Part shown: piece by piece, positions 1 through 9,184 of the stretch
How the letters are laid out: every line of letters begins with the position of its first letter
Numbering within the stretch: the first letter of the stretch is position 1
Source of the DNA: a virus
Strand: one strand, 5' to 3'
Virus record (IMG/VR): IMGVR_UViG_3300029566_000004
DNA length: 64,000 nt
Made by a program: the position numbers and the translations under genes
Notes under the pieces: generated by a model
Seen by the model: the letters and a program-made list of their open reading frames with translations, nothing else
What the model was told of the DNA's origin: nothing
The model's database searches: none

Positions 1-90
1 TCGAGTTCGAGTATAACAAAAAGCCCAGCACTAAGCTGAGCTTTATTGGAATGAATCAATATGGTAAAAAATAATAAAAATCAATGTTTC

Positions 91-642
91 TTATCCAGAA
101 GTGATACAATTGCGCATTTGTTGTTCCATATCGGCAATTATTTCATCTAATGATATCGGCTTGCAATCATGTGCATCTACCGATACATTATATACATATG
201 GCAAATCATTATAGAATTTGCGTTTGTCATGTGTATGGCCCGAAAGATTGAGCGTCATCTGCTTAAGTGATTCACGCTCAAGGTTGCCTGTCATACAAGG
301 GTAATGGGTCATGAAAAAGTGATGTTTATTATACTTGAGCTTAATCGCAAGCGCAACTTCAACCACATTCGGGCAAGTGCGGTAAAGCGCTTCGCGTGTA
401 TCAGTATCATGATTACCTAAAACAATATGTACTCGGCAAGGAATTTGCAGAAGATATTCCAATCCCTTCTGGTTATCTCCAAGCATTACATCGCCGAGAA
501 TATAAAGATCATCATCGGGTTGAAGTTGAAGCAGATTATGAAGAATAACCCCATTCATTTCTTCTACGTTATTAAAACCACGTGGTTCATATAAAAATGC
601 GCGGTCATGATTAAAATGGAGGTCAGAAGTTACATAAATCAT
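91..642 (-). CDS. calcineurin-like metallophosphoesterase
   Basis: 183-aa ORF; MPP motifs SDLHFNH, GDVMLGD, GNHDTD, GHTH. Confidence 0.8.
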   Translation of the reverse strand: MIYVTSDLHFNHDRAFLYEPRGFNNVEEMNGVILHNLLQLQPDDDLYILGDVMLGDNQKGLEYLLQIPCRVHIVLGNHDTDTREALYRTCPNVVEVALAIKLKYNKHHFFMTHYPCMTGNLERESLKQMTLNLSGHTHDKRKFYNDLPYVYNVSVDAHDCKPISLDEIIADMEQQMRNCITSG

Positions 643-664
643 TTTTTACCTCTCTTTTCTGCGT

Positions 665-1219
665 TTAATACACTTTATTTTCATAAGGCGATTCTAAATA
701 TAAAACCTTTACTGATATTTTCGTATCATTTTCTGGACGTTCAAATGAATTCCACATACGAGTAACAATATCATCTGGTACAATAGCATGGTAAGCGCGC
801 TGATGATTACGCTTTATCGTTTCTTTTAACGAGGCTCTGATAACAAGCACCGTTACTTCAACATTGGACAAATCCAAACGCTTTAACACTTTTAAACGAG
901 ATTTTTCAGTTAAATGAGTTGCATCAGCATATATACGAGTAGGCCCTTTGGCATCATTCAGATAATTCTGAATAGTTTCAATAAATTCATTGAAAACTTC
1001 GGTTTCATGAGTAAAATAATGGTCGTCTTTAGACTGCATATAGCTAAAGCGAATTTCATCGCGAGATACTACAGCGCAATCAGAACCGATAGCATTTGCT
1101 CGCAACCAGGTGCTTTTCCCAGAGCCAGGAGCGCCGCACATCAAGAAAAGCTGTTTCTTTTCAGGCTCTTTATTAATCTCCACAGGTTTTTTTGATTTCT
1201 TAAAAAGATTAAATTCCAT
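665..1219 (-). CDS. P-loop kinase, polynucleotide 5'-kinase-like
   Basis: 184-aa ORF with Walker A GAPGSGKST; lies between two phosphoesterases and downstream of an RNA ligase. Confidence 0.6.
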   Translation of the reverse strand: MEFNLFKKSKKPVEINKEPEKKQLFLMCGAPGSGKSTWLRANAIGSDCAVVSRDEIRFSYMQSKDDHYFTHETEVFNEFIETIQNYLNDAKGPTRIYADATHLTEKSRLKVLKRLDLSNVEVTVLVIRASLKETIKRNHQRAYHAIVPDDIVTRMWNSFERPENDTKISVKVLYLESPYENKVY

Positions 1220-1946
1220 AGATATTTCCTTTCACACGGTCATAAAACGGTATATGCTCACAAGTGTCTAAATTTAATAGTATCGCTCCACCAGACCAAA
1301 AAGAACCATTATCGATATCGATTTTATGGTCATCACCATATATAAGCAGAGTAGGCTCATGCGGCACATCCATATGTAACTCATCGACTACAAAAGGAAT
1401 TGGAGTATGACCATGGACGCATACTTCATCGGGTCGCTCACCGTTATCTTCTGGCACAATCACCTTATCACGAAAATGATTTCTGTCCCAAATTAAATCT
1501 TCACGGATAGGCAAATCTTTACGATATGGAGTATATCCCGCATGCGATAAATGCCAAATTGTGTTATTTTTTTCACTAAAATAATCCATATGTATAGGCA
1601 GTGTGCGCAAACGATCCAACCATACTTTGCGCTCTTCTGGGGTCTCTTTTAACCAGCCCCTATATGTATCATAGCCGTCATTCACTATTACTAATTCAAG
1701 AGATTCATTGAAAGGATAGCCAGCAAGACACTCTTCCATGGCATTTATAAGCATATCTTCATGATTGCCCATCAGATAGATAAACTGCGGATTAGTGTAT
1801 ACAGCTTTGATTAATTCCCAGTTCTTATAACCACGATCGCCGCAATCGCCTAAACAAATTACTTTATCTTCTGGTTTAATATAATCGAGAATTTGCTCAT
1901 AAATATCATACATACCGTGTAGATCTGAACACACATACATCGACAT
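1209..1946 (-). CDS. lambda-phosphatase/ApaH-like metallophosphoesterase
   Basis: 245-aa ORF; motifs SDLHG, GDCGDRG, GNHE, HGHT; RBS and promoter upstream. Confidence 0.8.
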   Translation of the reverse strand: MSMYVCSDLHGMYDIYEQILDYIKPEDKVICLGDCGDRGYKNWELIKAVYTNPQFIYLMGNHEDMLINAMEECLAGYPFNESLELVIVNDGYDTYRGWLKETPEERKVWLDRLRTLPIHMDYFSEKNNTIWHLSHAGYTPYRKDLPIREDLIWDRNHFRDKVIVPEDNGERPDEVCVHGHTPIPFVVDELHMDVPHEPTLLIYGDDHKIDIDNGSFWSGGAILLNLDTCEHIPFYDRVKGNIYGI

Positions 1947-1977
1947 GTTAAATTTCTCCTTTTATTTTTCTATATAT

Positions 1978-2006
1978 ATTATAACAAATTTTTTTATAAA
2001 AATCAA
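1978..2006 (-). promoter_or_regulatory. class-1 promoter TTGATT-N17-TATAAT
   Basis: Minus strand: TTGATT at 2006-2001, 17-nt spacer, TATAAT at 1983-1978; member of a motif repeated about 18 times. Confidence 0.7.
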
Positions 2007-2028
2007 AGGCGGCTGTTATGCCGCCTTT
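2005..2028 (-). terminator. intrinsic terminator hairpin
   Basis: AAAGGCGGC-TGTTAT-GCCGCCTTT followed by a T run in the minus sense, directly after the stop at 2032. Confidence 0.6.
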
Positions 2029-2031
2029 TTC

Positions 2032-2205
2032 TCAATCCTTTTTCTTATTATCTAGCAGAAGTGAAATGTTTAAGCCGCAGCATTTATATTCTGAATTATA
2101 TAGCATACATTTCTCTTCAAAACATTCTTCGACCTTTTCGTTACCAGTAAAGGGATCTGTACGAGAACGCAATGGACAAAGTTTTATTTCTACAAGTCTA
2201 CCCAT
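2032..2205 (-). CDS. small Cys-rich protein
   Basis: ORF track 2032-2250 trimmed to the ATG at 2205, which has a GAGG RBS; the longer form overlaps the upstream gene. Confidence 0.45.
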   Translation of the reverse strand: MGRLVEIKLCPLRSRTDPFTGNEKVEECFEEKCMLYNSEYKCCGLNISLLLDNKKKD

Positions 2206-2212
2206 ATATACC

Positions 2213-3643
2213 TCACATTTCTGATGCGATATCTGCATCGGCAACATCAATTGCCTCTTCAGTTATAATACCAGATAAACACTTAAATGTGAAATTCTTG
2301 TGTTTATAGGCAGTAAATGAAGGACGATTTACAATACGGACCACTACACCTTCGCGCACATGGGTTTTACCTATTGGGTCTGGACCGTCGCAGTAAGTTT
2401 CAGCAGCTTCCATTACCCATTCTCCGGGAGTTTTAGTAACATAATCAATAATTCCTTCACTATTTAGATATAGAATATTGCGGTCATTACTATCTGGAAT
2501 GCGGAGCTGCTCAAACACAGGAACAGTTTTACAACCCATTTGCTCACAACGATAACGCATATAGTCAGGAGTATATTCTACGACATTGCCATCCTCATTA
2601 GTCATAGTCATACGATATACATAGAAATCAGACTGAGACACAGGCTCTGGGATGCTAAATACACTGATTTCATCACGATAGAATTTTTTGCGCTGACCAG
2701 TTGGCTCACAGCCATATGAGAATACAGTAGTAGGACCATACTGACGCTCAAATTCTTTATCGTTTAACTTTTTATTACTTACTGATCCCATAATAGGCGC
2801 ACCAGAAGTAGTAAAACCAACAACTTCGTAGAATACTTCTTCACCCTTATGAAGTTTGCCTTCGAAGAACTTTGCGTGTGGCTCACGGAATTCATTAGAG
2901 CCATAGAAACCGCCATCGAAATTGTCAAGTACAGTACGACGAGTACCAGTTACATAACCCCAATCATAAATTGGCTTGCCGGGACGACGGAATAGTTTGT
3001 CCCAAAAAGTGCGCTTCATACCCTTAAACACTGGCAGATAACCGGTGCGCTGAGAGGTGCCATGCAATTTGAGTGTAATCTCAATCTCGTCACCAGGCTT
3101 AAAAGCGTTAAGATTATACGCAAGTTGTTCAGTATCGGCGTGCTCGTTAAATAAAGGCGCAATAGGTATATTCTTAGGCTTATTCTTACGAGTGCGGTTT
3201 GGGCTATTAAATTCATTATGAGCCTTTACCTTAGGAATATATTTATCACAAATCCCGTGGCCATTAAGCTCATGGATAACAGCGCCTTCAGTTAAGAGAG
3301 ACATATCTACACCAGTATATGCTACTGAGTCAAGAGCCATAAAGATACCATCAGAAGGTTCTCCGCGCAAACGAATAGTCTTGATGTTGCGCTTATCAGG
3401 CTCAAGATATCCACCAACATTTTTACCAGTTTCATCCTTGCGACGTACAAGATTATTCTGTGCGCAAAACTCTTCGCTTAACTGAAGCCCAGATGGGAAA
3501 TAAATACCCATATCACCAAGTTTTACATCCAGACCAACGCAAGTTTCACAGTCAAAGAACTTAGCGATTTGTAACTTATTGGCGTTCATATGTGGACGCA
3601 ACTCTTTTACTTTCACTACATAACCACAGTGAGTAATACTCAT
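2213..3643 (-). CDS. RNA ligase (Rnl2/DraRnl-like nucleotidyltransferase)
   Basis: Motif I KLHGTS resembles T4 Rnl2 KIHGTN; later EGVVVRI and YKHKNF motifs; start trimmed to ATG 3643 with RBS AAAGGAG. Confidence 0.7.
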   Translation of the reverse strand: MSITHCGYVVKVKELRPHMNANKLQIAKFFDCETCVGLDVKLGDMGIYFPSGLQLSEEFCAQNNLVRRKDETGKNVGGYLEPDKRNIKTIRLRGEPSDGIFMALDSVAYTGVDMSLLTEGAVIHELNGHGICDKYIPKVKAHNEFNSPNRTRKNKPKNIPIAPLFNEHADTEQLAYNLNAFKPGDEIEITLKLHGTSQRTGYLPVFKGMKRTFWDKLFRRPGKPIYDWGYVTGTRRTVLDNFDGGFYGSNEFREPHAKFFEGKLHKGEEVFYEVVGFTTSGAPIMGSVSNKKLNDKEFERQYGPTTVFSYGCEPTGQRKKFYRDEISVFSIPEPVSQSDFYVYRMTMTNEDGNVVEYTPDYMRYRCEQMGCKTVPVFEQLRIPDSNDRNILYLNSEGIIDYVTKTPGEWVMEAAETYCDGPDPIGKTHVREGVVVRIVNRPSFTAYKHKNFTFKCLSGIITEEAIDVADADIASEM

Positions 3644-4515
3644 TTTATATCTCCTTTCTGAACAACAGTCCAATTTAAATTTTGATAAGTCAATTTATTC
3701 ATATCTGACCAAATAATTTTTTTTGCAAGTGCTTTGTTGTCACGCTTATACTTAGGCATTGTTTTACGAATATGATTACACAGCCAATCACAAGCCTCTG
3801 TAAAAGTATTAAAACTATGTTTAAGTGCTTTAGTATCAGCATCATAAGCATATATGCATTCAGTATTATTGATAATTGCTTTGCGTGCTTTAGGATCAAG
3901 GCCCAAACGTGTAACTGCGGGCTTTGTTCCTTTCGCTACGAGTGCAGATTTATTTATTTCTGTTTTAGGCTCATAGTCCGGGAAAGGATGACCTTTTACC
4001 GTACCTCCTTGGTTCACCTCATCAAAAACAATTTTGAGAAATTCGGCATCTTCAAGAGCATTATGCGTCTGAACGAATTCCTCTTTTTTATAATAATTTA
4101 CAACTTTAATAAGAGCAATTTCTTTAATTAATCCAAAATGATTTTTAACAGTAGGAGCATAATTCACAAGGTTAGCCGCAATCAAAGAAAGTGACATTTG
4201 TGCGGTTATGCTAGTAGCTTTTTTAATTGCTTTACGCACAAATGTTAAATCTGTATTGCCATAACAGAAAAAGCGGCAAGGTGTGCCATCATTATGTTCT
4301 AATACCCAATAGAAAAAATGAGTAAATACATCATCTAAACTGGGCGCCGCTTTATTCATTCCATCAGTAATACCAGTTAAATTAGTAATAAAAGAAGTAA
4401 TTTTCTTATCGGTATAAACCATACTGGAAAATTTTGCATCTGTCTCACTAACGCAACCAATTGAAATAATTTCATTGGAAAATTGTGTTGCTTCAAAGTC
4501 AATAAAATAATTCAT
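3640..4515 (-). CDS. DnaQ-like DEDDh 3'-5' exonuclease
   Basis: N-terminal FIDFEAT (Exo I) and HNALEDAEF (Exo III, DEDDh) motifs. Confidence 0.7.
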   Translation of the reverse strand: MNYFIDFEATQFSNEIISIGCVSETDAKFSSMVYTDKKITSFITNLTGITDGMNKAAPSLDDVFTHFFYWVLEHNDGTPCRFFCYGNTDLTFVRKAIKKATSITAQMSLSLIAANLVNYAPTVKNHFGLIKEIALIKVVNYYKKEEFVQTHNALEDAEFLKIVFDEVNQGGTVKGHPFPDYEPKTEINKSALVAKGTKPAVTRLGLDPKARKAIINNTECIYAYDADTKALKHSFNTFTEACDWLCNHIRKTMPKYKRDNKALAKKIIWSDMNKLTYQNLNWTVVQKGDIK

Positions 4516-4516
4516 T

Positions 4517-5359
4517 TTATACCTCTAAGAAACTTTTAAGTTTATTACTTCTTATAGGATTACGCAGTTTAGTCAATGCTCGCTCTTCAATCCGACGAAT
4601 CCATTCTCGACTATAACCAAGTATTGTACCCACTTCTTCAAGCGATCTTTGAGAATGCCCATCTATGCCAAAACGCAATTTAATTACTTCACGCTCTTTT
4701 TCAGGAAGGGTATCTAAAACGGTTGAAACCATGGTCTTTAATTCAATAGAATAAATAGCATCAATAGGATCAACAGAATTTTCATCTGCAATTAAATCTC
4801 CAATGGTTGTTTCATCTTCATCAGTAAGAATAGTATTAGTTGAAATAGGTTCTATAAAAAACGAAGTAATTTCTTCTACTTCTTTTGAAGTCAATCCCAT
4901 TGCTTTTGCAATTTGATGCTTGGTTGGCTCATGACCAAGAGCTTGACGCAATGCTTCTGTGGTTTTACGAATTTTATTATAAGTCTCTTGAACATTAGCG
5001 GGAATGCGTGCAGTGCGATTCTGATTAACAATTTCACGTCTAATCGCTTGTTTAATCCAATAAGTAGCATAAGTTGAAAATTTATTCGTAGAAGTCAAAT
5101 CAAATTTTTCAATTGCTGGAATAAGTCCTATACTACCGATAGAAATAAGATCATCATTATCAAGCCCAGAGCATGTATAACGTCCAGCAATAGATTTAAC
5201 AAGACGCATATTATGCATCATCAATTCATTACGTGCTTCAATGTCGCCAGTTTGAGCGCGCTTAAGTAATTCGCGTTCCTCTTCAAATGTTAACAAGTCA
5301 TAACTGTTCAGTTTAGCACGATAAGCATGTGAACTATTGATGTCATTAATTGTACTCAT
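4517..5359 (-). CDS. sigma-70 family RNA polymerase sigma factor
   Basis: Region 2 (FSTYATYWIKQAIRREI), region 3, and a region 4 HTH (LEEVGTILGYSREWIRRIEERALTKLR). Confidence 0.9.
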   Translation of the reverse strand: MSTINDINSSHAYRAKLNSYDLLTFEEERELLKRAQTGDIEARNELMMHNMRLVKSIAGRYTCSGLDNDDLISIGSIGLIPAIEKFDLTSTNKFSTYATYWIKQAIRREIVNQNRTARIPANVQETYNKIRKTTEALRQALGHEPTKHQIAKAMGLTSKEVEEITSFFIEPISTNTILTDEDETTIGDLIADENSVDPIDAIYSIELKTMVSTVLDTLPEKEREVIKLRFGIDGHSQRSLEEVGTILGYSREWIRRIEERALTKLRNPIRSNKLKSFLEV

Positions 5360-5406
5360 TGACTTCCCCCTTATTTATCTTTATCTTTCTTTGATTTTCT
5401 ATATAT

Positions 5407-5435
5407 ATTTTATCATATTTTTTTTTAAAAATCAA
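5407..5435 (-). promoter_or_regulatory. class-1 promoter TTGATT-N17-TAAAAT (sigma gene)
   Basis: Minus strand: TTGATT 5435-5430, 17-nt spacer, TAAAAT 5412-5407. Confidence 0.65.
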
Positions 5436-5453
5436 AAAAGGTATATACACTAG

Positions 5454-5485
<32 letters not shown>

Positions 5486-5507
5486 CTATATATATGTCGT
5501 ATAGTTG

Positions 5508-6345
5508 TCATGTACAGAGCATACATGGAGCAAGATTACGCCCAGTATTTAATATCTGCGTTTTATTATATTCACGCCAACGTTTAGCAATATTTTCAAT
5601 ATTTTCTATATCATAATAGAAATACTCAAAATGCAGATCTTCAATACGATCAATGTGATAATGACCCATAAGCCAAGCATATCTAATTTTGATTTTATGG
5701 CGTAATTCCTCGAGCCATTTTTCCATAGTAGTATCAACTTCACTTTGTTCAATAAAGCTAAGGAATTTATCGAAGGGGCGCATAGTAAAAGGTGCAGTAT
5801 GAGACATTACAAAATCAAATTCTGGAGAAGTTTCAAATAGCAGCTCTGCGTCTTTCATCTCTTCTGGAGTTAATTGCTCATCAGAGAACCAACCACTTAT
5901 TTTTGGATCATTATTTCCCTCGCACAAGCCAGCTCTTGCGAGACGATACCATTTATCTACAGAATAAGCACCACCAATTATTGCAACACGATAGCCGCCA
6001 ATCATATATATGCCATAGTCAAGAAAATATCGAATGCGAGGATATTTTGGCTCCATATAAATCCAATTTTGGACATTCTCGTCATAGATTTTTTGCATCC
6101 CATTAATGGATTGCGGTCTTGCTTCATGATTGCCACGTAGACAGTAATAATAACATTGCGTAGTATTTATAATAATTTCCTTGGTATCTACATCGCGTTT
6201 GTTGAGATAATAATTGAATCCTACATCACCCAATATGATTACTGCGGCCTCGTCGTCGAACACGCATGGCACACTTTGCATTGCATAAAGGCTACCATGA
6301 ACATCGCTAACCCATAACAAACCATTTTTTTAGTTTGTTACTCAT
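5508..6345 (-). CDS. metallophosphoesterase with an apparent frameshift at an A7 run near the start
   Basis: Motifs SDVHG, GDVG, GNHE, GHYH. The RBS-linked ATG at 6345 is one frame off the body; the two frames meet at the homopolymer 6325-6331. Confidence 0.6.
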
Positions 6346-6378
6346 ATTATATCACCTTCTTTACTATTTTCTATATAT

Positions 6379-6407
6379 ATTATAACAAAAAATTATAAAA
6401 AAATCAA
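6379..6407 (-). promoter_or_regulatory. class-1 promoter TTGATT-N17-TATAAT
   Basis: Minus strand: TTGATT 6407-6402, TATAAT 6384-6379. Confidence 0.65.
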
Positions 6408-6486
6408 ATTATTGCTTTGGACAAACACAGTTAAATCTTATAGGTATTTTTTCAAAGTAAATGACCGTATGAAGGAGGTGCTAGAT

Positions 6487-6666
6487 ATGATTACATTAAT
6501 GTCAACTAATGGTCAGGTTCAATATGACCATGACGAATGGGTTGTTGACAAAGAAGAAGACTTAAAATTATTGCCGAGGAAAAGCGGTATGGGAAGTGTC
6601 GCTATTGTCATATCTACCGGAAAAGTGTATATGAAGGATAGCTCCGGCGAATGGAAGGTAATCTAA
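6487..6666 (+). CDS. small late-module protein
   Basis: GGAGG RBS 7 nt upstream of ATG 6487; first gene of the plus-strand block. Confidence 0.5.
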   Translation: MITLMSTNGQVQYDHDEWVVDKEEDLKLLPRKSGMGSVAIVISTGKVYMKDSSGEWKVI

Positions 6667-6667
6667 T

Positions 6668-6916
6668 ATGGATTTAATAACATATGCTTTATTAAAGCGA
6701 TAGATAGCTGAAAGCGGAGTTGATATTGAAACTATCATTCCCCATATAGGTGAAAATGGGAATTGGTACATCGGTGATAAAGACACAGGCGTTTCTGCGT
6801 TGCCCCCAGACGTAACTAACGTAGACATAGCTGACATCCAATAGGAAAAAGATGTTACTTTATATATTTTTGGTGGGTCTGCCTCCCAAGTTTTACCAAA
6901 GGAGGAAAATGAATAA
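6668..6916 (+). CDS. late-module protein (2 in-frame TAG)
   Basis: ATG 6668. The frame stays open to the TAA at 6914 only if TAG 6701 and TAG 6842 are sense codons. Confidence 0.55.
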
Positions 6917-7440
6917 TGTCCAAAGTATTAAAAGCGGTCGTTTAGCTGCGACGTGATAATGAATTTAATTTTGAACCTATTGCGAATTCATTCGTTCCCG
7001 CCAATGGCGAAGTAGTTCTAATAGATACACGTCGAGATGGTTTGCGTGCAAAAGTAGGAGATGGTAAAACTCCCTTGGCCAATCTTATTTGGACTGATGC
7101 ACGTTATCGCGATACCGTTGTGACGGGGTATTATGATGAATCTGAAGATGTTTTTTATGAAACAGATGCCAAAGAAGTAACTTTATCTGCCTATACCAAT
7201 CGTCTTTATATTGACAGATGGCGCAATAAAGTTTATTATTTTAATGGATTAACTTACGTATTAGTGGATGGGACTTGTCCCCCCGCATCCGCTACAATAC
7301 CTGGCATAGTTAAATTATATTCTACTACTGGCCAGAACACAGATGGCACAATGACTCAGAAAGCAATTACTGATGCATTAGACACAAAGTCTAAAGCTTC
7401 TGTAGATTTGCAAGATGAGCTTTTAGTTTTTTCAATTTAA
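6916..7440 (+). CDS. tail fibre protein, Mtd_N-like N-terminal domain (1 in-frame TAG)
   Basis: ATG overlaps the previous TAA. Motif VV[TAG]LRRDN..F.P....PANGEVVLIDT....KVGDGKT; same frame as track ORF 7042-7440. Confidence 0.7.
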
Positions 7441-7455
7441 GGAGGAAAAATTTAT

Positions 7456-8751
7456 ATGACATATACTTATGCAAATGCTCCCGTTCTTTCTAAAATTAAA
7501 ATCGGTGATAATTATTATTATATGAAAGATGCCGATGTACGGGCAATACTTGATACGTTTAATAATGCGATCGTAACTGGTACTATTGCCGCAAACGCAA
7601 GCGATGGTAATACTACAGATTTAGTTACTTTAGGTGTTGTTAAAGATTATGTTAACGCACAAGTTGGTACTATTAATAAGTTTGACGTCGAAGTTGCAAA
7701 TCCTGATAAAATTTTAACTACTCCTACCGCTGATGATATGTATATTCTTTATTTAGTTCCATCAGAGAATGCTGCTGCTGGTAGTTATGTTGAATATATT
7801 GTATTACGTTCCGGTACTGAAGGCAATTATACTTATGCTTGGGAGCAGATTGGCAATACAACTATTGACTTAACAGGTTATCTCTCTACTGATGCAACTG
7901 TTGCTGGCGTTAAATTCACTAATGGTAATGTTTCAGCCACAGCCTTAAAAACTGCATTAGACCTTGATAGCCTTGGCGCTTTTGCAAAAGCGGATACTGG
8001 TACTGCTACTGTTGTAAATGGTGTTGAGGATCATTCGTATCAACCTGCTGGTAATGTATCAGTAGTTCCTGGTTCTACTACTGCAACTGTTACATCTACT
8101 GGTACATATACTCCTGCTGGTAATATAACGGGTAGTGTTGTAGCTAGTGGTAATGTTTCAGCTGCTAAGAATAATGAAAGTGGCGCATTCCAGCTTAGTG
8201 GCTCTGTCGCTGCTCCAACAATTAGTGTTGTTCTTTCAAACGATAATTTTGTTAAGACTGCTGATGCTGGTTCATTACCTTCTTTCACAGAGGGTGCTTT
8301 TACAGCTGCAACATTAACTTACTCTAATAGTAATTTTGCTACTAATGGTTCTATTGCTTCAATTGGTAGTGGTGAAGATGCTGAAACCTTAATCTTCACT
8401 GCGGCAAGCACCGGTTCTGCAAGTAATATTACCGCATTTAATGGTGGTTCTAAGGCTGCTGACACTTTTAGCGCAGGCGCGCTTCCCACTTTCACAACAG
8501 GCAGTGCTGCGATTGGTGTTACTAGTGCTACCGCAACCGCTCCATCCTTTACCGGAGATAAATTTGACTTTACGTTTATTGGCACAGCTGCTACTGTTTC
8601 TGCCAACTTTGAAGGCACAGCAGCTACTATTAACGTAAGTGGTAATTATGACAAGACTACGATTGAAAGTGCGTCCTTTACTGGTACCACTGCAACTCTG
8701 TCTCATAATGTCACTACTGGTACAGTTACTGTTACTCCAGCTACAAAATAA
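7456..8751 (+). CDS. tail fibre/structural protein with Thr/Gly/Ala/Ser-rich repeats
   Basis: 431-aa ORF, AGGAGG RBS, low-complexity C-terminal two thirds, terminator downstream. Confidence 0.7.
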   Translation: MTYTYANAPVLSKIKIGDNYYYMKDADVRAILDTFNNAIVTGTIAANASDGNTTDLVTLGVVKDYVNAQVGTINKFDVEVANPDKILTTPTADDMYILYLVPSENAAAGSYVEYIVLRSGTEGNYTYAWEQIGNTTIDLTGYLSTDATVAGVKFTNGNVSATALKTALDLDSLGAFAKADTGTATVVNGVEDHSYQPAGNVSVVPGSTTATVTSTGTYTPAGNITGSVVASGNVSAAKNNESGAFQLSGSVAAPTISVVLSNDNFVKTADAGSLPSFTEGAFTAATLTYSNSNFATNGSIASIGSGEDAETLIFTAASTGSASNITAFNGGSKAADTFSAGALPTFTTGSAAIGVTSATATAPSFTGDKFDFTFIGTAATVSANFEGTAATINVSGNYDKTTIESASFTGTTATLSHNVTTGTVTVTPATK

Positions 8752-8770
8752 CTAATAATAAGGATAAATT

Positions 8771-8802
8771 AAGTAGGGGTTGAACTTCCCCTACTTAATT
8801 TT
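8771..8802 (+). terminator. intrinsic terminator
   Basis: AAGTAGGGG-TTGAACTT-CCCCTACTT followed by AATTTT. Confidence 0.6.
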
Positions 8803-8816
8803 AAAAGGAGATAAAT

Positions 8817-9158
8817 ATGGCAGATACTTTACGCATTAAAAAAATAAAATTAAACGATGGATCTGTCTATGCGATCTTCGATGAAGGTTCATTACGTTTA
8901 AATGACAATAATGTTTTAATTACGGGTAATAACATAGTTGACAATATGATTATTAAGGGGTCTTTACAAATTACTGAAATTGATGATATTCCTGTTAATA
9001 AATCGCTCGAATATGTTTTAACCTGGGATGCCTCAATTGGGGCATTTTATAAATGTACCTTAGCAGATTTATTTAGTAATGATATTTATGAATTATCTGT
9101 GGATAATAATAACATTCTTACATTAAATAATTTATATGCTAATACAACTATTCAATAA
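8817..9158 (+). CDS. late-module protein
   Basis: 113-aa ORF with RBS AAGGAG. Confidence 0.6.
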   Translation: MADTLRIKKIKLNDGSVYAIFDEGSLRLNDNNVLITGNNIVDNMIIKGSLQITEIDDIPVNKSLEYVLTWDASIGAFYKCTLADLFSNDIYELSVDNNNILTLNNLYANTTIQ

Positions 9159-9184
9159 ATTTACAAAGAAAAGAGGACAAATTT

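Noticed and set aside
914-1195. Opposite-strand shadow ORFs in the track (for example 914-1195+, 3772-4131+, 5792-6140+, 8040-8706-, 10082-10372-, 14911-15354-, 16200-16871+, 18561-19190+, 47743-48849+)
   Set aside because: Each lies entirely inside a longer ORF on the other strand that has recognisable motifs and an RBS. None has its own RBS or promoter. Their composition is low-complexity antisense sequence.
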